From Eledone cirrhosa (taxonomy: Eukaryota): a stretch of 64,000 nucleotides of DNA. The notes beneath the pieces were generated by a model. It made no database searches. It was not told the DNA's origin and was given only the letters and a program-made list of their open reading frames with translations. This document shows positions 55,145 through 64,000 of this stretch, in pieces; the first letter of the stretch is position 1, and each line of letters begins with the position of its first letter. The DNA lies in contig OZ024754.1 in NCBI GenBank assembly GCA_964016885.1, positions 23,250,001-23,314,000 on the forward strand, written 5' to 3'. The translations under genes were made by a program, and so were the position numbers.

Positions 55145-56103
55145 TACATTGGTAAACTGTAGAAATATACCTATGTGATATTTATTTATATAAACCAAGG
55201 CTATATATCTGTCAAACTACAGCTACACCATCACTATGGCGGTGTCATCTAGTACAGGGCCCCAAAACTGTGGTAACCTTGTGAGATGGGTTTGGCTCGG
55301 CCGACTGGCTACCCTCCCCATAGTGGCGCAGCCAACTGGCCAGCACTTCTCGTAACCGTACCATGCAGTACCAGTCCCCATAACTATGGTAACCTCATGA
55401 AAAGGGTTTGGCGCAGCTGGATGGCCACCCCTCCTCATAAGGATGACCAGTACCAGGTCCCCAAATTATAGTTGCACTGTGAGATGGATTCAGTGCAGCC
55501 AACTGGCCTGTCGCTCCTCATAACAGAGCCATCCAGTTCTACACTGTAAACATGGTTGGTGTTAGAAGGTAATCCAGCTGTAAAATACCCGACCAAATTT
55601 ACATACCTCGCCTGAGCAAGGTGTGACACATGGCCAACCCAGGCCAGACTTGCCTCCTGGAGTGGATGACCCGTCCAACCCAAGCAAGAATAGAAAAATG
55701 GATGTTAAATGGTGATGACACAGACATATATATATATATATATCCCACCCACACTGGACATATAAAAGACACAGCAAAAAGCACCCAGCCCACCCACACT
55801 GTAAAGTGGACATGTAGGTGTCTTGGGAAATGCACGCAATCCACACTGTCAATGTGGTTGGTGTTAGGAAGGGCATCCAGCCGTAGAAAGCTAGCCAGAA
55901 ACACCCCTATATGAGTGAGACACAGTCACCTGACCCAATTTGCCTCTAATTGGGACCCGTCGAACCCATGCTACCTGGGGTAAGGTGCTAAAAGCTGACC
56001 TCACACAATTGAAGGAAGCTATGGAGTAGGAAGGTAGGTACGGTTGTTTGAGGAAGACCAGCAGTCACCTATGTATACCAGTCTCTCACTCCACGCCACC
56101 GAT

Positions 56104-56379
56104 GTTGTCCAAGGGAAAGGTAATGACTGATACAGCTTGGTACCAGTGACATCACAACATATATATACACTATATATATATTATACATATATATATTATA
56201 CACTATATAAGTTGTCCAAGGGAAAGGTAATGGCTGGTACCAGAGACATTACAACACATAGATACACTATATATATATTATATATACACTGTATACACTA
56301 TATATGATGTTATCCAGGGGAGAGGCCTTGGCTGATACAGCTTGGCACCAGTTATTTCACAACATATATACTATATATA

Positions 56380-56437
<58 letters not shown>

Positions 56438-56881
56438 TATATATATATTATATATACACTATGTACAGTATATATAAACTATATATATACATATTATAGA
56501 TACAATATGTACAGTATATATTATACACTCTATATGATGTCCAAGAGAAAGGCAATGGCTGATACAGCTTGGCACCAGTGATATCACAGCATATATACCA
56601 TATATGCATATACATATATAGACTATGTACAATATATATATAGTATATATATACTATATATACACTATGTACAGTATATATAAACCATACATATAATATA
56701 TACACTGTGTGCAGTATCTATACACTATATATGATGTCCAAGAGAAAGGTATTGGCTGATACAGCTTGGCACAAGTGACATCATAACATATTATATATAC
56801 ACTGTGTACAGTATCTATACACTATATATATGTCCAAGAGAAAGGTTATGGCCGATACAGCTTAGCACCAGTGACATCACA
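56104..56881. repeat. Array of six ~50-bp SINE-B body fragments separated by TA-rich spacers
   Basis: gtccaag(g/a)gaaagg..ctgatacagcttggcaccagtgacatcacaac at ~56104, 56211, 56309, 56539, 56735, 56831. Confidence 0.85.
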
Positions 56882-57075
56882 GTAGATTTGAGAAAAACAC
56901 AATCAGTAAAACAGTAATGGAAAGGAAAATAAAAACATTTGTACATAATTAAAGCCTTAAGATGTCCCTTTCTTACGATATACACTTTAATAACATTGAA
57001 ACATTGAAAGTTTAAAATTTAAACACTTTTTATTCAGAAGTACCGCAATAAGAAAATAGATATGTTCTAACAAAA

Positions 57076-57188
57076 AATCCGCGATGTGGCGAGGATTACC
57101 GCGATAGGGAATTAGATACGTTCCAAAGGAATATCCGCGATGTAAAGGGACCGCTAAAAGTGAACCGCGATATAGCGAGGGATTACTG
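57076..57188. mobile_element. Tigger/pogo-like transposon end
   Basis: ..CCGCGATATAGCGAGGGATTACTG|TA with subterminal CCGCGAT repeats. Partner TIR not identified. Confidence 0.55.
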
Positions 57189-57579
57189 TATATATATACA
57201 CACAACATACATCTATCTATATACACTCATAACATTTATTTCGATTTTTTACTTTAAAATGTTGACTGGGGGTGCGACAACTGTTTCTATATATATCAAC
57301 TCTTACGTGGACCTCTCAAATTCCTTGGATTTTCACTCTGAAACTGGATACCAACCCGGAGTTTACCTGAACTTCCACCAGGAAATATTTTCATATCACT
57401 GATATTTTCTTTGCTCCTCGCATTATATAGAGTTACCTCCCTTTATGATCTGAGTTCAAATCCCGCTGAGGTTAACTTTGCCTTTCATCGTTATGGGGTC
57501 AATAAAATAAAGTGCCAAAAGTAGAAACAATTATATATATATATATATCCAATAGCTGACCTGAGGGTCTGGTGTGTGA

Positions 57580-57940
57580 AGGGTTTGGTGTGGCCAACTG
57601 GCCTGTCCCTCTTCATAGTGGTATCACTGGTCCCTTTGTATGGTGGTGCCATCCAACACCAGACTCCCAAACTGTGGTACCACATAGTGGTGTCATTCAG
57701 TACCGGGCCCCCAAAACTGTGGTAATGTGTGTTGGCTTAGGCCACCCCTCATCACAGTGCCACATAGTACCGGGCCCGCAAAACTATGGTAACGTTGTGT
57801 TGGGTTTGGCCACTCCTCATCACGCTGCCATATAGTACCGGGCCCCCAAAACTCTGGCAACGTTGTGTTGGGTTTGGCCACCCCTCATCACAGTGCCACA
57901 CCGTACCAGGTCCCCAAACTGCGGCTACTCTGTGAGATAG
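57580..57940. repeat. ~67-bp GC-rich minisatellite; related array at ~55250-55520
   Basis: agtaccgggcccccaaaactgtggtaa.. at 57699, 57766, 57834, 57901. Confidence 0.8.
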
Positions 57941-58338
57941 GTTAGGCTCTGAAATCATGGTTCCGTTGTGAGACAGGTTCGGCGCGGCCAACTGGTCTGT
58001 TGCTCCTCATAACGGTGCCATCCAGTTCCACGCTGTAAATGTGGTTGGTGTTAGGAAGGGCATCCAGCTGTAAAATACCCTCCAAATGTACAGTCCTCAC
58101 TGGAGTAAGGTACGACACAAGTCCAACCCTGACCAGACTTGCCTCTCGGCATGGACGACCCGTCTAACCCATGCAAGTGTGGGAAAATTAATATTAAATG
58201 AAAATGGTGATATATATATATATATTTATTTATATATATATATATATATATACACACGAAACAATTATACATACACAAACATATTTAGATAGATGCATCC
58301 ACATATATTCCTATACCTAGGTGTGTGTGTGTGTGTAA

Positions 58339-58398
<60 letters not shown>

Positions 58399-58447
58399 TT
58401 ATATAAAGGTACATACATACACATATAAACACCGACATTTGTATATA

Positions 58448-58698
58448 TCACCTTGATCACCTTGACCGACCAGTCTGTCGGGCGTCCATTCAGCGCCGTT
58501 GGTCACAGCACGCTGTCCATTCCTCTCAGGATCGTGCTTTCCTCATCCATGTAGTCCCAATCGTATTCCTAAAATCGTAACTCCACCCTCGTGGAGGCCT
58601 TCTGAGTGGTCGTTTCCGCTGTCGCAGGTACCATTCGGAAACTGCGCGGGTCCACCGATTATCGGTGAACTGGGTGACGTGTCCAGTCCATCTGAACT
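58448..58698 (-). mobile_element. 3' fragment of the RTE family at 13951-16597
   Basis: Aligns to 13951-14201; flanked by TA. Confidence 0.88.
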
Positions 58699-58731
58699 AT
58701 ATATATAAAATATGAAAATACATAAATATAT

Positions 58732-59424
58732 AAAATTTTAGTAAGTAAGTTAATTTTTTTTTTTAATTTTTTAAATTTTCTTATTTTACGTCTTTTATAT
58801 TATTGTTCTGCATCCTCCTGCATTGAACCACCTAGGTACTATGACATAACTTATGTATTTGCTAGCATTAGCGTACATCTGTACGCATATGTTAGTAGAT
58901 ATACTAAATTCTCTATATTTTTCTCCACATTATTTATTTGTTGAGCAAACCTGCCAAAACCACTACTAATTTATTGGTGTGGTAGTAGGCTTCTGTCATC
59001 TTACCATCCCACTCCTTCCGACTAGCCTCAGCGTCACGTGATTGATTCTTTAGAATCTGCCAGATTCAGCGAGCTTTTCAGAGGCAGCGAGCTTTTCAGT
59101 GCATGGAATCCAGTCCCCGCTAGCTGTTCCATCTACCGAATTATTATTATTTTTATATGAGTCCCCAGTGTCCGTGCATTGCCTGGAGACTTAGCTGAGA
59201 ATAGACTCCCTGATGACGCAATGAATTCTCGACAGTTATATTACGTAACTGTCTATATCCCATTGCAGAAACTAATTAGTTGGAGTGAAAATTTTAGTAA
59301 GTAAGTTAATTTTTTTAATTTTTTTAAAATTTTCTTATTTTACGTCTTTTATATTATTGTTCTGCATCCTCCTGCATTGAACCACCTAGGTACTATGACA
59401 TAACTTATGTATTTGCTAGCATTA

Positions 59425-59426
<2 letters not shown>
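58732..59426 (+). mobile_element. Retrozyme-like element: 556-bp monomer x1.25; diverged relative of 23516-24560
   Basis: 58732-58872 repeats at 59288-59426; reverse-complement homology to the 522-bp monomer; (TA)n at the 3' end. Confidence 0.8.
59205..59286 (+). ncRNA. Type I hammerhead with extended stem II
   Basis: ACTCC-CTGATGA-C-GCAATG..GACAGTTA/TAACTGTC..CATTGC-A-GAAA-CTAATTAG-TT-GGAGT. Confidence 0.82.
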
Positions 59427-59484
<58 letters not shown>

Positions 59485-59942
59485 ACGTGTATATAATCAT
59501 ATTTCAATATTTAATTTATATTTCCTGGCCTGGTATGAATAACAAAATATAGAAAAGTTTGTCAGAAATATTTTTTAAATAAAACATAATACATTAGTGA
59601 ATAAAACGTAATAATGGTAAAAATTGTTGAATTACCTTGAAAATATTTATTTGTGACCTTGAAGATAGTTATTTAGCCAGAGATTTGATGGGAAATATAT
59701 ATATATTAGGTTGATATGTGGTCTAAAATATATATATTGTCTATAAATGACTGATAGCAGATGTTCTGGTGAAATACTAGTTTTACTACTACAGATTTTA
59801 ATGGAACTCTTAGTAGACACAATTGTAAAGTAAGAATAGATATGACAGTGTAAGACTGATGTCAGGGAAATAAAATTGTGTATATATATATATATATAAA
59901 TATAATTGTTACACAAGATATAATTAGATTAATTAAAATTAT

Positions 59943-60123
59943 AATTGTTTCTACTTTTGGCACAAGGCCAGCAATTACCCAGTGTATTACTGGTGTTTTA
60001 TTTTATCGACCCCGTAAGGATGAAAGGCAAAGTTAACCTCGGCGGGATTTGAACTCAGAATGGCAAGGGCCGTAACTCTATGCGTCAAAGCATGGCGTCC
60101 GACCCTCTACCGATACTGCCAAT
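59943..60123 (-). mobile_element. tRNA-derived SINE, family A (partial plus-strand copy also at 57443-57532)
   Basis: Same boxes and body as the other copies. Confidence 0.85.
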
Positions 60124-60564
60124 AATGAAGACAGCAGGTATTCCGTGTTGTTGGGAATGTTTCAACTCTCGTACCGGTGTCATACATTAAATGTCCCTGA
60201 TATAATTTAATACATTCAGACACAGTTCCAACCGTATTTAATTAATTGTAAATCAGAAAGTATCACTCAGTAAAATATCTATTATATATCAATAAGAGAA
60301 CCTCTACGAAGTCTCTCTGACTGCTAGAAATAGCAGCGATATTATCCTTTGCAACTTAGTTGTTTTTTTTTGTTTAAAATCTCCAAAGTTTACTTATACA
60401 ATCAACAGCAAGACTTTTGTACAGACTTCGGAATAAACTTGAAGACCATCAAAATAACATTCTCCTTCTCTCTCTCTTTAAGAAAAGAATCGTTACTTTC
60501 AGCCTTAACGGGATCTTCTGAAACTCATTATTTTAATAAATAGTTGCTCTACGGCTTATATATA

Positions 60565-61896
60565 TATGAAAAAATGTTGTCCTTCATCAGTGATCTTCCA
60601 ACTATCATAGGCATTTCATCGCTTTAAAGACCATATACCTCCGGTTGGTGCGAGCAACGGCTAAAAAAAGTCGCTGGGACACGTAAATAAAGGGGACGCG
60701 AGGGTAAACAAACAAAATGGTGAGGCAACAGAAAGTGAGGAAGAAGGAGACAAGTCCCAGACTTCTATGAATTTAAGTCCGGTGAAATCGTGAACGAGAG
60801 AATAAAGACCATCAAACCTGGTTGAAATGTGAGCAAGGAAAGAATTTCGCACAGGTCTAACGGGAGGAAGAAGGGGTCTGGTCTGCGAATTCGGTAAACA
60901 TAAGTTCTGCGAAATCGTAGACGAGAGAGAAAAAAAATTCCGACCAGCTTGGCCGAGAATGTGAGAGAAAAGAGTTACTCACAGGTCAAACGGGAAGAAA
61001 GAGGAGGAGGAGGAGAGGTAGTGACAGAGAATGAGTGAGTGAAGGGTGAGGTGAGGAAGAGGCTAACAGAGAGAGAGAGACTGCTAGAAAGGGTAAAGAT
61101 ACATAGAACGAAAAAGACGGTGTAGCAGCAGAGGAAAAAATATGTGTAAATATGATAATAAGGGCGCTGCGGAGTTGCAAATGGGTTACATATGAAAAAA
61201 TGTTGTCCTTCATCAGTGATCTTCCAACTATCATAGGCATTTCATCGCTTTAAAGACCATATACCTCCGGTTGGTGCGAGCAACGGCTAAAAAAAGTCGT
61301 TGGGACACGTAAATAAAGGGGACGCGAGGGTAAACAAACAAAATGGTGAGGCAACAGACAGTGAGGAAGAAGGAGACAAGTCCGAGATTTCTATGAATTT
61401 AAGTTCGGTGAAATCGTGAACGAGAGAATAAAGACCATCAAACCTGGTTGAAATGTGAGCAAGGAAGGAATTTCGCACAGGTCTAACGGGAGGAAGACGG
61501 GGTCTGGTCTGCGAATTCGGTAAACATAAGTTCTGTGAAATCGTAGACGAGAGAGAAAAAAAATTCCGACCAGCTTGGCCGATAATGTGAGAGAAAAGAG
61601 TTACTCACAGGTCAAACGGGAAGAAAGAGGAGGAGGAGGAGAGGTAGTGACAGAGAATGAGTGAGTGAAGGGTGAGGTGAGGAAGAGGCTAACAGAGAGA
61701 GAGAGAGACTGCTAGAAAGGGTAAAGATACATAGAACGAAAAAGACGGTGTAGCAGCAGAGGAAAAGATATGTGTAAATATGATAATAAGGGCGCTGCGG
61801 AGTTGCAAATGGGTTACATATGAAAAAGTGTTGTCCTTCATCAGTGATCTTCCAACTATCATAGGCATTTCATCGCTTTAAAGACCATATACCTCC
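60565..61896. repeat. 626-bp tandem repeat x2.1 inserted at a TA site
   Basis: Unit starts at 60565, 61191 and 61819; copies nearly identical; (TA)n flanks. Confidence 0.92.
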
Positions 61897-62598
<702 letters not shown>

Positions 62599-62629
62599 CC
62601 TTATCGAACCCCCTCCAGATTTTGGTCTT

Positions 62630-62674
<45 letters not shown>

Positions 62675-63689
62675 AGGCGCATGGCTTAGTGGTTAGAGCA
62701 TTGGGCTTGCAAACGAAGTGAGTTCAATTCACGGACCGTATGAGCAAGACAAGGTTAGCCGACCGGACACTGCCCACAACAGGACAGCACGTCTAACCCA
62801 TGCTAGCGTGGAAGAACGGACGTAAAACGGTGATGATGATGATGATGATATATACACGTGTATATTCATATATTATACATCATCATAGTTTAAGTTCCAT
62901 TTTACAAGCTACCATGGGTCGGACGAGTTGTCCTGTTGTGTGAAAAGTTAGATCAAATGACCGTGTCTGGCTCATGCAAGAAACATGTCTGGCTTTTTTA
63001 TACGGCTGGATGTCCTTCCTAAATCTAACCACATTTACAGGGAGGACTTGGCATTTATTGTTGTGTTGCTAACATGACCAACCTACAGGGTGGACTGGGC
63101 ACTTTTCGTTGACTCACCACCAAGACCACCACCTAACAGAACTGACTGGGTGCTCTTGGTCATGTCACCAATTTGACTACTTTGAAGGGTGCTTCGGGTG
63201 CCTTCAGTCTTGCCACTAGCATGACTACTTTACAGAGTGGGCTACGGGCCTCCTGTCATGTCGAACTCACAGGTTGGACTGGGTGCTTATTTGTCATGTC
63301 ACCAGCATGACTACCTTGCAGGGAGGGTTAAGTACTCTTTTGTCATGACACCTGCACGACCACCTTACAGGGTTGCCTGAGGGCCATTTAAACAGCATTG
63401 GAGGAGAACATGTTAAGCTTTCCATACTTGTATGCATGGGTTGGTCAAGTGAGGTGTATCAGATGTGAAAGTGGGGGTGGGGTTGTGTGTATGTAGGGTG
63501 GAGATTGGAGAGGTAGGTCAGGGTGGTGTACTTAACTGGTAAGGGGGTGGTGTGTTAAGATGTAGGGAGGAGGAAAATTGGAGCATACTTCAAACCACTA
63601 AATGTTGCTTCATCCTGTGGACATGGGAATGCAGGTCTCCTGTAGTACTGTATAACGCCAGAGATTTCAATCATGTGTCATCACCTTTA

Positions 63690-64000
63690 AGAGGTAGAAT
63701 GGTGTCAGATCAGTTTTTACCTCCTCATCCCAAGATTTCCTGGGTCTTCCTCTTCCATCAATTTCAAGCGGTCAACCTTTTATACACCATCTCTACCTTC
63801 ATACACATCACATGTCCATAACAATGCAATCTACACTCCTGCATACTGTATCTTATCCTTCTCATGCCCAGGTTCTCTCTCGGTTTATTGACACTTTGCT
63901 CTTCATGTATAATAATATTACACATCCAGCGGAGAAATCAAGCTTCATTTCTATCCAATCTTTGGAGCACACAGTGCCCATATCTCACTGCAATGCAGCA
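63690..64000 (-). mobile_element. RTE LINE 3' fragment (runs off the window)
   Basis: Minus strand encodes GRGRPRKSWDEEVKTDL, like 53270-53320. Confidence 0.7.

Noticed and set aside
56104-56881. CRISPR-like repeat/spacer appearance
   Set aside because: Eukaryotic context with no cas genes. Spacers are low-complexity, mutually related and variable in length, and the repeat is a SINE fragment.

Overview
Repeat-dominated, AT-rich animal genomic DNA, most likely a coleoid cephalopod (Octopus-like). This taxon call is an inference from [13 protein letters not shown]-type C2H2 fingers, the SINE types and long (TA)n tracts. Bases 1-11006 are a degenerate telomere-like satellite built on CCCTAA variants, with the C-rich strand on +, as at a left chromosome end. 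The satellite abuts a 5'-truncated, decayed Penelope-like element (PLE; RT plus GIY-YIG). The rest holds two PLEs of a second clade (one with a long open frame), decayed RTE and CR1 LINEs, SINEs, MITEs, minisatellites and one C2H2 zinc-finger exon. The main signal not shown by the ORF track is about 15 hammerhead-ribozyme (HHR) motifs from about 7 sequence families. They sit in PLE pLTRs and in short non-coding tandem or fold-back elements, mostly bordered by (TA)n. Several show compensatory base changes between copies and an unusual extended stem II. Together this looks like a PLE-driven, (TA)n-targeting retrozyme-like system. All structures were read by eye; no searches or folding programs were run.
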